A DNA stretch of 39,070 nt. Origin: Thermoplasmatota archaeon. GTDB lineage: Archaea; Thermoplasmatota; Penumbrarchaeia; Penumbrarchaeales; Penumbrarchaeaceae. Position numbers and translations under genes: made by a program. The DNA lies in contig CBDDUX010000067.1 in NCBI GenBank assembly GCA_965234725.1, positions 1-39,070 on the forward strand, in the 5' to 3' direction. Below, piece by piece: positions 1 to 10,592 of this stretch (its first letter is position 1; each line of letters opens with the position of its first letter). Under the pieces are notes generated by a model. That model searched no databases, was not told the origin of the DNA, and saw only the letters and a list, made by a program, of their open reading frames with translations.

Positions 1-77
1 CTGGGTCCGCTTTTATCCCATTGTCATTAATCAATATAAGACCGGAAATGGGATTAAAACTCGGAAAACCAAGGAAC

Positions 78-389
78 TCATGAGATCGAATCATTGAGGC
101 ATAGGTCCTTCTCTGTTAGTCCCAGGGTCTCGATACAAAAGGTCCTGATATCATCAACTGTCAATCCTTCCGGAAATTCGTCGATCTTGATGTGAAGAAT
201 TCCATCCTCGATACTATATGTCCCCTTTACCTCTCCACCAAATAATATGAACGGGATCTCAAATGAACCGTCATTGTAACCCATATTGATCCTTGCACCC
301 TGCTCCAATATCTGCTCCAGGGAAGTATTGTATCTGACCCCCATCTGAGGATCGATCGGTATCTGGAAGGTATTGTCATTTCCAAGCAT
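78..389 (-). CDS. Small acidic hypothetical protein (103 aa)
   Basis: ATG-initiated ORF with no competing ORF, globular-looking composition, and a TATA-like TTTATC about 25-30 nt upstream on the minus strand. No family recognised. Confidence 0.6.
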   Translation of the reverse strand: MLGNDNTFQIPIDPQMGVRYNTSLEQILEQGARINMGYNDGSFEIPFILFGGEVKGTYSIEDGILHIKIDEFPEGLTVDDIRTFCIETLGLTEKDLCLNDSIS

Positions 390-469
390 ACTAAATTCTA
401 TCAGATCAATGAGTAGATAAACATCGGTCCCCTAATACGCTATTTGATAATCCTCTTTACACGTTTAGA

Positions 470-3043
470 CTACTTTTTCCGAAAAGAAGCAACTAAGGTT
501 AATATTATCATTAGAAGGACAAGGACCAAAGGAATCAGACTTGATATCAGGAGGGCCACGTCATCCCCATGCAGTTTGTAGTGTTCCTTCTTCTCTTTAT
601 AATCAAATCTATGGAGGGAAGGATACATGTCCTGTGCTCCCTCCTCGCTTTCGATGACGTATGGAACATCAATAATTCCATCATTGTCTTCATCCAATGA
701 TGGATCTGTAAAATCCGACCAGTAATTCCCCTGGGTGGTTTCGGGGTCCTTGATGTACCAGTAATCTTCCTGATGCATGTCATAGGCCTGGGACCTGTCA
801 GTTTCCCTACTTCCGAGGATCCCGTTATTCTTAATGAAATGGTTTGCAAAGATCATGCATTCCCTGGAATAGCTTATACTGATCCCATACTTTACATTGT
901 AGATGATCTCATTTTGAGTTATGGTTATCCTATCGGATGAAAGGATCTGGATCCCGGATCCCTTGTTGAAACCGATCATACAATTCTCTACTCTTCCAGA
1001 ATTCGAATTGTTGAGGAACCTGATCCCATGACCCTTATTTTGAGAAACATTACATCCAAACAACATTACATTGTAGGAACTGTTGATATATATCCCTACA
1101 TCGCAGTTCTTGATATTGGAATCCCTTATGGATACTTCACTTGATTGCTCGAGGAAAAGACCGGTTTTGCCCATAACCTCATCTATCTCCAGTGAGTTCA
1201 ATTCAAATCCACTGCATCGGGATATCTTAAGACCATGTGAGATCTGCTTGAAGGTCAGGTTTAGAAGTGATAAATTGAAACATTCAATGAATTCCACCTC
1301 ACCAAAAAATACTAGGTTGGAAATGACCTTCTCTGTGAGGTTGTAAAAAAGTGTGTAGTATCCATCTTGGGGAATGGCAGATACATTACAATCGTGAAAG
1401 ATGTAGTGAATGGGTTTACCGTCCTGCAAATTACCCGTTGGAGCGGTTAAATTATATCCTTTCATACCAAATTGAAAACTGATCCTTCCTCCCTGGAAGC
1501 TATTATTGATAATACTGACATCATCACTTGACCACAGGTCGATCGGGGCACCTGCATTTATATTGTTATCGATGATTTGGACATCCGAGAAACCTGCCAG
1601 GACTATCCCAGTTTCAGCAGATTTGAGATCATTCTCATTGACATGGGCATTTATAATGGACATTAATTCGATGGAGGTAACCCTGGTTTGCACTCTATTA
1701 TTGGTTATCTCGGCCTCTGTAACTGTCTGAAGTCTGATACCACGTTTAGCTGAATTCACTTTTACATTGTCGATCCTTACTATATCAGAATCAGTGATAT
1801 AAATCGCACTCTCGCAATTCGAGAGGATACAGTTCGATATCTTGATGTTTGAGCTCCTTACAATAAGGATCGGATAATTTGTACCTATAATATTCAAATT
1901 TCTGATTGAAGCATTTATTACAGAGTCCAGGATAATCTGTTGGGACTCAGCCGGTATATTCACATCGGATAGATCCTTACCATATTCGTAGAAGATCGGC
2001 CCCCCATTCAGGGTATTGTTTTCAAATGAAATTCTGTCCAAATTCTCCAGAATGAAAATTCCAGTTCCATTTAACTCATTCAATTGGATATCCAACCCAA
2101 GGCAAGCGTATATCTCAAGATTATTATCAAGTGTGTTCAGTTCATTATTCCGGATCACGATTCCAGAGTTCCATACAAGGGTGATCCCACTGAATGATTC
2201 TATTGTATTATTCAGGACCTTACCCATTTCGGAACTTACCGTATATATGCCCCAACCATAGAAATCACCATGTAAAGGATCCATGCCCCTTGCGTTGATG
2301 GTATTATTAGTGATCACGAAATCATTTACATCCTCGATGACGATGGCTGCATTTCGGATCGACGTGATTGAATTGTTATTCATTGAAATGTGGTTATCTG
2401 AACTCATGCTAATACCATTGGATAGATCCTTGAAATCACATTTGTAGATCTCAATATCTTCGCTCCGGTAGATCTCGGCTCCCGAGGAACTTCCGTCCGA
2501 TCGGAACTCATTTCTCCGGATATTGATCCCATCTGAAGTATCTATGGTAAAGAGGTAATTGTTCGAATCTCCTGAAAGATCACAGCCGGTAATCTCGATA
2601 TCACTTGATTCTGAAATATAAAGTGGTATTCCCCGGTCTCCGAAAAACGAGTTGTTCTGAATAATGATATTTTTCGTATTCTCCATCAAGATTCCACTTG
2701 AGATTGAATACATCTCGATTTCCCTCGGGACCTCGGTAAATGTGCAATTGGAGATCCTTATATGAAGTGTTGTGGATTCGATCTTCAGGCCCATGGAACC
2801 GTTGGGATAGTCGATATCCAGGCCCTCGATGATGATGGGATCAGATTCGTTCCCGGACCCTATCCATCCATTTTCATCGGCTTTATCCAGGAGGTCCTCA
2901 TCACCGTTGATATCGATAACTCCGGAACCGGGTTCTGTTTCGAATTCCGATCCCTGGCCTTCGGAAACCGGTAATTGACCTATCATTGGGATCAACAAGA
3001 AAGGGATCGATATGAGAAGGAGAGTCCTCTTCCATTTCTCCAT
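470..3043 (-). CDS. Secreted, membrane-anchored right-handed beta-helix (NosD/CASH-like) surface protein
   Basis: N-terminal signal peptide, many I-x-I-x-N-N/C-x-I repeats, a GNYWSD...D.DGI.D.PY motif typical of archaeal NosD-like proteins, and a C-terminal TM helix followed by RKK. Confidence 0.88.
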   Translation of the reverse strand: MEKWKRTLLLISIPFLLIPMIGQLPVSEGQGSEFETEPGSGVIDINGDEDLLDKADENGWIGSGNESDPIIIEGLDIDYPNGSMGLKIESTTLHIRISNCTFTEVPREIEMYSISSGILMENTKNIIIQNNSFFGDRGIPLYISESSDIEITGCDLSGDSNNYLFTIDTSDGINIRRNEFRSDGSSSGAEIYRSEDIEIYKCDFKDLSNGISMSSDNHISMNNNSITSIRNAAIVIEDVNDFVITNNTINARGMDPLHGDFYGWGIYTVSSEMGKVLNNTIESFSGITLVWNSGIVIRNNELNTLDNNLEIYACLGLDIQLNELNGTGIFILENLDRISFENNTLNGGPIFYEYGKDLSDVNIPAESQQIILDSVINASIRNLNIIGTNYPILIVRSSNIKISNCILSNCESAIYITDSDIVRIDNVKVNSAKRGIRLQTVTEAEITNNRVQTRVTSIELMSIINAHVNENDLKSAETGIVLAGFSDVQIIDNNINAGAPIDLWSSDDVSIINNSFQGGRISFQFGMKGYNLTAPTGNLQDGKPIHYIFHDCNVSAIPQDGYYTLFYNLTEKVISNLVFFGEVEFIECFNLSLLNLTFKQISHGLKISRCSGFELNSLEIDEVMGKTGLFLEQSSEVSIRDSNIKNCDVGIYINSSYNVMLFGCNVSQNKGHGIRFLNNSNSGRVENCMIGFNKGSGIQILSSDRITITQNEIIYNVKYGISISYSRECMIFANHFIKNNGILGSRETDRSQAYDMHQEDYWYIKDPETTQGNYWSDFTDPSLDEDNDGIIDVPYVIESEEGAQDMYPSLHRFDYKEKKEHYKLHGDDVALLISSLIPLVLVLLMIILTLVASFRKK

Positions 3044-3172
3044 GTACTTTCAACCGAAGAACACTATATCATAGTTTTGACCCCAGCATGAAAATTCCAA
3101 TCTCCCATTCACAAGTATACCATAAATTATTAAACCTCGATAAGACTGGATAATGATCTGGAGGAATCAGGG

Positions 3173-6100
3173 ATGAGAAGGATCATGGCCTTCCTTCTTT
3201 CATTATTGCTATCCATACCGTTTTCTGCGGGAGTAAATAGCGATAGCCTTGATGCCCCTTCCCCATTACTGATCATCCCTGAGGGCCTGAACGGTCATGA
3301 ACCGATAGAGATCGATGGGAACGACGATCTGAACTCTACTGTTATCACAGAAGGGTGGGGTGGATCGGGGACAGTTGAGGACCCTTACGTTATCAAGGAC
3401 CTCTTCATCGATGGTAATGGGACCACTTACTGTTTGAGGATAATAAATATAACTATTCCTTTGAAAGTTTTGAATTGCACATTCATGAATTCCTCATATG
3501 TGTTTGCCAGCCTACACAATGGTTCAATTCAGATCATCAATTCATACCAGGTTACGATCACCAGGATCAGATCATACAATAATTATTACGGGATCTATCT
3601 CACCCGATCTTCCTTTATTTTTCTGGATGGCTCCACATTCCTAAATAATACTCGTGGGATAGATGTAATCTACTCGAATAATTTAACGATCTATGATTGT
3701 AATATCAATGATTCATCTTTTGAGAATATTGATATTTCTTTCTCAAAAGATGTATTCATATCGGGAATATCAGCAAGAGATGTAAGCAGGTATGGATGTC
3801 AGATTGACAACTCGGTTAATGTAACGATCAGATCATCTAACTATAGTGAATCAGAACTGGGTATCCGTATCTACCTTTCATCTTTTGTTAAAGTAATAGA
3901 TTGCATATTAACCGGTAATATGTATTGCATTAGATTGGACAACGCTGATAATGCATACATTGATGGGATCATATTGAATTATGGCAATTATCCTTATTTC
4001 AGAGGTTTTGAACTCTCTCAATCCAGAGATGTAGTAATCAAGAATGTTAAATCAAATGGAAGAGATAATTTATTCATTATAAACTCCTGTTCCATAGTTG
4101 CGATCTCTGATGTTCAATCCATAACATCTCAGAGAAGCATTATGGTCCAATGGAGCGAGGATGTTACCATTTCGAATGCTAACTCGATCTCATCGGAGGG
4201 CGAGGGTATCTTGGTTATTAATTCAAAAAGGATATCCATCACAGACAGCATTTTCATGAGCAGGTACAGAACACTGACCCTTTCCGGATGTGAAGATGTA
4301 ACATTTGGGAGGAGTCATCTGAGCAGTAATTTGGAGATATGTGTCATTATTGAATACAATGTGGGACCAGTCAGGTTCGAGGATCTTACAATAGAATCAC
4401 TCAATTATCCCTCATTTACATTTTATTCCATTCTTAACAACATACATTTTTCTAACATCTCAATAACAGGACAGGGAATGAATATCAAAGATCTTTTCTA
4501 TAATCTTCTATATCCACAATATCAGGGATATCTAAACAATTCCTTCAGGAATATCTCACTCAATGACAGACCCCTCCATATTTCCTGGAATGAGGACCTC
4601 GGAGGAAGGACCCTGACAGGGAATTTCTCGCAAATAATCCTTTTCAACTCGACCAATGCTATTTTCAACGGGCACAGTCTCATGAATTCGATCTCAGGAG
4701 TTACCGCCTATGATATCAGCAATATCTCCTTCCTAAATATGACGACCTCTGAAAACGATAAATATGGTTTTTTCTTGATCCATTCAAGGAATATCCGGAT
4801 AAGAAATTCAGAATCATTAGATAACGTTGGTATAGAGCAATATTTTTCGGATAATGTCTCAATTACCGGGAACAAATTCAAAGAGAACTGGAAATCCATC
4901 TATTCATCTTATTCTAATAATATACATGTGGAGGATAACAAATTCGATCATTCTGGATACATTGGTTTCTTAGGGCAGCAGATCATGTATTCTACAAATC
5001 ATTCCTCCAAGAGGAATGTATACACTGGTCCTGGCCATGCGGCAATTCAGATCAGCAGATCTGAAGTTACATTCATTGAAGAGTCTATTGAGACCCTCGA
5101 TTACGGGATCCTTGCATTCGACGATTCCAAGATGGATATTGAGGGATCTTCATTCAGTAATATCAAATTTTCAGCTATAGATATTTCCGACACAACAAGT
5201 GGCCAGAATGTCTCGGACTGCTCATTCATGGATTGTCAAATAGGAATCCATTGCGTTCAAACATCATATGTGAACATTGTTGACTCCTCTTTCGATTACT
5301 GTGAAACCGGAGTATCATTTTACACTTCAACGAACCTTACCATTGCCGATTCCATATTCTATGGAAACGATAAGGGGATAGCTCTTTCATCCAGTGATGG
5401 AGGTTTCATTAGTGGATCACTTTTCCTGGGGAATTATAATCATGGGATTGAATCTATAAATTCAAGATCATTTATTGTCTGGAATAACTCCTTCATATGG
5501 AACAATGGGATAACGGACACACCGGATCCGGAACGACAACAATGTCATGATAATTCGAAGAAGAATACCTGGTATAACAGAGAACTCTTTTCGGGAAACC
5601 ACTGGTCCGAACTAACATCCCCTGATGCAGATCTCAATAAGATAGTTGACATGTCTTACAAGATCGAAAGTGGCGGGGATTGGAGCAAATACCCACTTGT
5701 ATTCTCTCCGGTAGACCTTATCTCTCCTCCTATGAACCTTACAGCTACTGCTAATACAAACAATGTTTATCTCATCTGGGAGAAACCTCAATTGGAATAT
5801 CATGGAAAAACAATAGGATACAAGATCTACAGAGGGGCCTCACCCGATAGAATGGAAGAGATCTGGTCCCAACCAGGTCAATTAACAGAATTCACAGATC
5901 TGACACCGACTCCAGGTATTCTCTATTTCTATCTGGTCAGGGCTTATTGTTCATTCGGAATAGGTACACCTTCGAATATTGTTGAGGCAATATCCGACGT
6001 AACTCCTCCTGTGATAACCATTACCTCGCCTTCGATGGGTAAAGGATTCAATGTTAGGGATGTCCTTGTCCAGTGGATCGCAGAGGACCCTGAATCTAAC

Positions 6101-7759
6101 ATTGACGAATTCCTGCTCTCCCTCGATGGTGGTTCTTCTCTCCATCTTAAGAACGATTCCATGCTTCTCCTTGAAGGTTTGAATGAAGGATTGCATAGGG
6201 TCACCATCATTGCGATCAATGATAAGGATCTGGAAAGCAGTGCGAATGTTTCATTCATTATAGATGTCTCCAAACCGGACCTCTGGCTATCAGAAGAAGG
6301 TCCGATCTATTCCTCGGATCAGATGGTCGATATTTCCTGGACTTCCGATGATTCGATCACAGGGGTATATGGTTATTCCTACCGCATTGACGATGGAATT
6401 TGGCACAGTAACGGTATGTCGGAAACCCTCAGAACCTACCTCGTTGAAGGCCAACATAATGTGACGATATCATGCTTCGACATGGTCGGAAACACTGTTG
6501 AAGTCAATGCTGTAATATTTGTGGATATTACTGAACCGGAGGTTGAAATTACAAGTCCCGAACCTGGTTCTTACCTGAATTTCAAAAACATATCTCTCAC
6601 CCTCGATCTCAATGACGAGTTATCTGGAATATTTTTTCTCGAATATGACATCGACTCGACAGGTGAGGTCAAGGTCCAAGCGGCAGTAGAATTGATACTA
6701 CCATACCTTGCGGAAGGTCCTCATGAAGTTGTTGTCAGGTTATTCGATCGTTGCCTGAATTCCGCTGAGACTTCTATAAATTTCATTATAGATAGAACAT
6801 CTCCGAACATCGGCGATTTCGGACCACAGGGCACTGCCGTTCACTTGAATTCCAATGTTTTCATTGTGTTCAATGAAACCATTGACTATTCGGATTTCCG
6901 GTTCTCGATAGATATGAATGGAACATCCTCCTGGGATGGGAATCGTTTCATTTTCAATCCATATATCGATATGACTCCCGGAAATATGTATCAGGTCGAG
7001 GTCCATGTGAAGGACCTTGCAGGAAACGGTCCTATTTCCAGAAGATGGTACTTCACCACTACAGATAGGGGCACCGTGATCGGACATGTAATTGACAGGA
7101 ATGGTATTCCAATCAGTGGATTGCAAGTTGAGGTCGATGGAGAACCGATCACACAAACTGATGGATATGGCCATTTCTCAATGGATGTTCAAATGGGTGA
7201 GAGGAAGATAACGATCTCCGGACCCTCTATCACTAAGATTGATGTGGAAGTATTTGTCATGGCGGATTCCACGTCGGATCTTGGGGTATTGGAACCGAAG
7301 AACCCTTCGAATGATAATAGGATCCAGATGGGAACCTTGTTGATCGGATCTGTTATTGTTCTCATCATTATGTTATTAGCAATCTTGGTAATTGTGATCA
7401 AGAAGAGGAGGGATTCCAGGTTCGTTTTCTTCATAGATGATGAGAGACCGCATAAAGGAGGGAGTGGTGATGATGATCAGTTCGAGGAATTCTGGATCGA
7501 TCTCGGAGGTGAGGTCCTCACAGACCACTATCAGGTAATTGGTGTTCCCAGGTCCTCCAATCAACAGGAATTGAAGAAGGCATACCGAATGATGGCAGGC
7601 AAGTATCATCCTGACAGGGCCCTAATAGGTGGGGAGATGGGTGAGGAAGAGCTTTCGGACATGATGGCATTGTTGAACGAAGCGAAAGAGGTCCTTCTGA
7701 ATCCGGTGAGGAGGAACATGTACGATGCCTGGCTTCACGATAGGGAGCTGGAGATGTGA
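3173..7759 (+). CDS. Large surface protein: beta-helix (NosD-like), FN3, Ig-like repeats, TM helix and a cytoplasmic DnaJ (J) domain
   Basis: Signal peptide; beta-helix repeats ending in GNHWSE; FN3-like PPMNLTA..LIWEKP..GYKIYRG; D.T.P Ig-like repeats; TM segment GTLLIGSVIVLIIMLLAILVIVI-KKRR; C-terminal DHYQVIGV...LKKAYR...YHPDR...LNEAKEVL.NP..R..YD. Confidence 0.9.
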   Translation: MRRIMAFLLSLLLSIPFSAGVNSDSLDAPSPLLIIPEGLNGHEPIEIDGNDDLNSTVITEGWGGSGTVEDPYVIKDLFIDGNGTTYCLRIINITIPLKVLNCTFMNSSYVFASLHNGSIQIINSYQVTITRIRSYNNYYGIYLTRSSFIFLDGSTFLNNTRGIDVIYSNNLTIYDCNINDSSFENIDISFSKDVFISGISARDVSRYGCQIDNSVNVTIRSSNYSESELGIRIYLSSFVKVIDCILTGNMYCIRLDNADNAYIDGIILNYGNYPYFRGFELSQSRDVVIKNVKSNGRDNLFIINSCSIVAISDVQSITSQRSIMVQWSEDVTISNANSISSEGEGILVINSKRISITDSIFMSRYRTLTLSGCEDVTFGRSHLSSNLEICVIIEYNVGPVRFEDLTIESLNYPSFTFYSILNNIHFSNISITGQGMNIKDLFYNLLYPQYQGYLNNSFRNISLNDRPLHISWNEDLGGRTLTGNFSQIILFNSTNAIFNGHSLMNSISGVTAYDISNISFLNMTTSENDKYGFFLIHSRNIRIRNSESLDNVGIEQYFSDNVSITGNKFKENWKSIYSSYSNNIHVEDNKFDHSGYIGFLGQQIMYSTNHSSKRNVYTGPGHAAIQISRSEVTFIEESIETLDYGILAFDDSKMDIEGSSFSNIKFSAIDISDTTSGQNVSDCSFMDCQIGIHCVQTSYVNIVDSSFDYCETGVSFYTSTNLTIADSIFYGNDKGIALSSSDGGFISGSLFLGNYNHGIESINSRSFIVWNNSFIWNNGITDTPDPERQQCHDNSKKNTWYNRELFSGNHWSELTSPDADLNKIVDMSYKIESGGDWSKYPLVFSPVDLISPPMNLTATANTNNVYLIWEKPQLEYHGKTIGYKIYRGASPDRMEEIWSQPGQLTEFTDLTPTPGILYFYLVRAYCSFGIGTPSNIVEAISDVTPPVITITSPSMGKGFNVRDVLVQWIAEDPESNIDEFLLSLDGGSSLHLKNDSMLLLEGLNEGLHRVTIIAINDKDLESSANVSFIIDVSKPDLWLSEEGPIYSSDQMVDISWTSDDSITGVYGYSYRIDDGIWHSNGMSETLRTYLVEGQHNVTISCFDMVGNTVEVNAVIFVDITEPEVEITSPEPGSYLNFKNISLTLDLNDELSGIFFLEYDIDSTGEVKVQAAVELILPYLAEGPHEVVVRLFDRCLNSAETSINFIIDRTSPNIGDFGPQGTAVHLNSNVFIVFNETIDYSDFRFSIDMNGTSSWDGNRFIFNPYIDMTPGNMYQVEVHVKDLAGNGPISRRWYFTTTDRGTVIGHVIDRNGIPISGLQVEVDGEPITQTDGYGHFSMDVQMGERKITISGPSITKIDVEVFVMADSTSDLGVLEPKNPSNDNRIQMGTLLIGSVIVLIIMLLAILVIVIKKRRDSRFVFFIDDERPHKGGSGDDDQFEEFWIDLGGEVLTDHYQVIGVPRSSNQQELKKAYRMMAGKYHPDRALIGGEMGEEELSDMMALLNEAKEVLLNPVRRNMYDAWLHDRELEM

Positions 7760-9208
7760 TCAGTTCCTTTTTCTATAAGTATGATAGCTGATGTATTCCT
7801 TGTTCTTCAGCTGTTCAATGATAGATACCTGATATCGTCTGGAATCGCTCAAGGCTCCGGTGGTATGGAGGACCATCGCATCCGCCCCTCCTCCGCTGCC
7901 GTAATGCACAAGGAGTATCGATTCGTCAGGTCCGGCAATGTCCAGCGTATAGGCAAGCGAGATCAGAGTGGATGATGCAAGGGGATTTCCTATCATGGAG
8001 ATAACTTTCTTGAAGCCGAAATCATCCATGGGGTGCCCAAGCATCCTGGAGACCTTCCTTGCGAATCCCAATGTGGGGTAGTGTACTATCACATGGTCAA
8101 TGTCCTCTATTGATCTGTCCAACCGGATCAAAAGGAACCTTGTTGCGTTCACAACATGCCTGAAGTATGCTGGCGTTCCTTCGAACCTTCCGGATGTCGT
8201 GGGGTAATCAGATCCCATTGTCCACCACTGATCAGGTATGTCGCTCGTGAAGGATTCGAACCCGACCAATCTGGCGACCACATTATCGGAACCGAAAAGA
8301 AAGGCAGCAGCTCCGGAAGCGGCTCCAATGTCCATCTGGTCTTCTTCCCTTACACAGGGGGTGTCGGATCCTATGACCAGTGTCTTGTCCACCCCCATGA
8401 GATCATCTCCCACCAGGGTTACAGCATCAAGGATCGATGAGGTGGCACCTCTGGAGGAGGATTCGATATCGTAGGCCTTGACGTGAGGAGTGGCCCCAAT
8501 GGCTTCTGCGATCGAGATGGCGGATGGTTTCATTCGATATGGTTTGTTAACTGTTCCAAAGTATATGGAATCCACATCGCTTCCGGAAGCCCCGGCCATG
8601 TTCAGGGCCATCCTTGAGGCATCCACTCCCATTGTCAGCGTGTCCTGGTCGAAGTTATGAACGGTCTTTTCCTTGAAACCAGAGGACTCCTCGGAACTCC
8701 CCTCCTTCAAACCATGTTCCTGGTCCATGGTTCTCATGGGCAGCCTGAAATAGGGTACATGTACACCATATCCAACTATGCCTTTGCCCATCATTGAACC
8801 AATTTCAGGGTTATGGGTTTGAGGTCTTCCGCCCCTGAGTGGTCTGAAGACCGTTCCATAGTTGATCAAACCTTCAGGGGTGATCCCGAGCTTTCTGAAG
8901 GTCGGTTCCAGTTCCATCCCGATCCGAAGATCTTTCCCTTTAGTATCAGTTATCCTGGTGGGAAATGTCACATTGTCGATCTTCACCAATCCAGGTATCA
9001 TTTCTTTTCCCCCCTCCATTCTGCTGGAAAATGCGATCAATGTTGCCTGCCTTTGAAGATCATCGTAAGGAACCAGGATCAGGTTGGATCTTGATCCACA
9101 CCTGCTGCAGATCTCTTTTGGGGGAAAGGACCTCATTCCACATTGACATTCCGAGACCATCAACCTGTATGCTGCCTGAATGTTCCTCCATGATCGTGAT
9201 ATGCTCAA
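7760..9208 (-). CDS. DUF35 (Zn-ribbon/OB-fold) fused to an HMG-CoA-synthase-like domain with a degenerate active site
   Basis: N-terminal CxC...FPPKEICxxC and GMELEPTFRKL...I.YG..F match DUF35. The rest matches archaeal HMGCS (GIVGYGVHVPYFRL, D..TMGVDA, KPS...IAEAIG, GRF.G.PAYFRHV, YGSGGGADA). It overlaps the thiolase stop codon. Confidence 0.88.
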   Translation of the reverse strand: MSISRSWRNIQAAYRLMVSECQCGMRSFPPKEICSRCGSRSNLILVPYDDLQRQATLIAFSSRMEGGKEMIPGLVKIDNVTFPTRITDTKGKDLRIGMELEPTFRKLGITPEGLINYGTVFRPLRGGRPQTHNPEIGSMMGKGIVGYGVHVPYFRLPMRTMDQEHGLKEGSSEESSGFKEKTVHNFDQDTLTMGVDASRMALNMAGASGSDVDSIYFGTVNKPYRMKPSAISIAEAIGATPHVKAYDIESSSRGATSSILDAVTLVGDDLMGVDKTLVIGSDTPCVREEDQMDIGAASGAAAFLFGSDNVVARLVGFESFTSDIPDQWWTMGSDYPTTSGRFEGTPAYFRHVVNATRFLLIRLDRSIEDIDHVIVHYPTLGFARKVSRMLGHPMDDFGFKKVISMIGNPLASSTLISLAYTLDIAGPDESILLVHYGSGGGADAMVLHTTGALSDSRRYQVSIIEQLKNKEYISYHTYRKRN

Positions 9209-10437
9209 ATCCGACCCCCCTTCTTCATATGTTCCTCGGTCTCCAATAAAAGGACGGTGATATTGGATCCGGATCCTCCAACGTTATGGGCCAACCCGAC
9301 CTCTGGTTTCCTCCCAAGGCTTCTTTCAATGGGATATGGACTTTTTCCAGAAAGCTGTTGGAAGATCTCCCCTACCTGTCTGACACCTGTTGCTCCAACT
9401 GGATGTCCATCAGCTTTCAGTCCCCCACCCGTGTTGGTTATGAAAGTATGGCCTTTCCTCTCGTATGTGATATGACTCTCCTCCCCATGGGATTCAAAGG
9501 CCCTTTTCACCATCTCGGGTCCTTTTCCCCTTTCAGCCAATCCGAGGTCCTCGTATCCCATTACTTCCTGTATAATGTAGGCATCATGCATTTCAAAAAG
9601 ATCCACATCCTCAAGGGCCAGGGAGGTCCTTTGAAAAGCGATATCCTTTGCTTTCCTTGTCGCCCTGAGATCGGAAAGTGATCGTCTGCTATAGAGGCCA
9701 ATGGAATCTGTGCTCATTCCATAACCTGAAAGAAAGACGAATCTGTCTGTTATCTCTCTTGCTTTCTCTTCGGATGCAATGATCAATGCCGCAGCACCAT
9801 CGCTCACCGGGGAGCAGTCCAGAAGTCTGACAGGATCGGATATCACGGGGGCGTTCAGAACCATCTCCTGTGTTATCTGGTTCCGGAAATGTGCATGAGG
9901 GTTCTCCGAAGCATGCATATGGTTCTTCACAGAAATCAGTGTCATATCCTCATAATTTGCATTCTTGTTCTCATGGAGGTATCTCTGTGTCAGGATGGCG
10001 TTCAACGAGATGAAATCGAATTCATATAGACGTTCCCACTCGCTCGCTGCTGCCATGTAGGCTTTTCTGGCTGATCGGTCTGTTGCTTTTTCAGCTCCAC
10101 CAACAAGAACTAGGTCGCAGTCACCACTCTTGATGGCCCTAACAGCATTATAAACAGCAGCCCCACCGCTTGCACAGGCTGCTTCCACTCTTGTAATGGG
10201 GATGTCAAATCCCATCTCTTCAGCGAGATATGCCGAAAAATTTCCCTGATCGTTCATGATCTCGGGAACGAATGTTCCTATCACCATCTCGTCTATGTCC
10301 TCTCTCGAGATCTTCGCATCTCTTAAAGCGGCAATTCCCGCTTCTGCCACAAGAGAGATGAAGGACCGTTCGAAGAGCTCTCCGAATTTTGTCCTACCAG
10401 ATCCAATTACTACAACTTTTTTGAAATCAGAAGCCAT
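9205..10437 (-). CDS. Archaeal-type acetyl-CoA C-acetyltransferase (thiolase)
   Basis: Motifs EAACASGGAA (nucleophile Cys), CSPVSDGAAA, EMHDAY, GHPVGATG and HNVGGSG. Start placed at MASDFKKVV (10437), after a GGAG SD; the ORF track extends it to 10479. Confidence 0.92.
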   Translation of the reverse strand: MASDFKKVVVIGSGRTKFGELFERSFISLVAEAGIAALRDAKISREDIDEMVIGTFVPEIMNDQGNFSAYLAEEMGFDIPITRVEAACASGGAAVYNAVRAIKSGDCDLVLVGGAEKATDRSARKAYMAAASEWERLYEFDFISLNAILTQRYLHENKNANYEDMTLISVKNHMHASENPHAHFRNQITQEMVLNAPVISDPVRLLDCSPVSDGAAALIIASEEKAREITDRFVFLSGYGMSTDSIGLYSRRSLSDLRATRKAKDIAFQRTSLALEDVDLFEMHDAYIIQEVMGYEDLGLAERGKGPEMVKRAFESHGEESHITYERKGHTFITNTGGGLKADGHPVGATGVRQVGEIFQQLSGKSPYPIERSLGRKPEVGLAHNVGGSGSNITVLLLETEEHMKKGGRI

Positions 10438-10592
10438 TAATAAGTCTCCATATGTCTCTTTTTTTTTAGAATATGTCACATGTCAGTGATATGGGATAGA
10501 TAAAACTTACCATGTAACAAAGATAATAATTATCCCTCAAAAATTCTTTTTTCAGGTGAAATATTTTTTTAGGGGGATAACGATCATCACAT

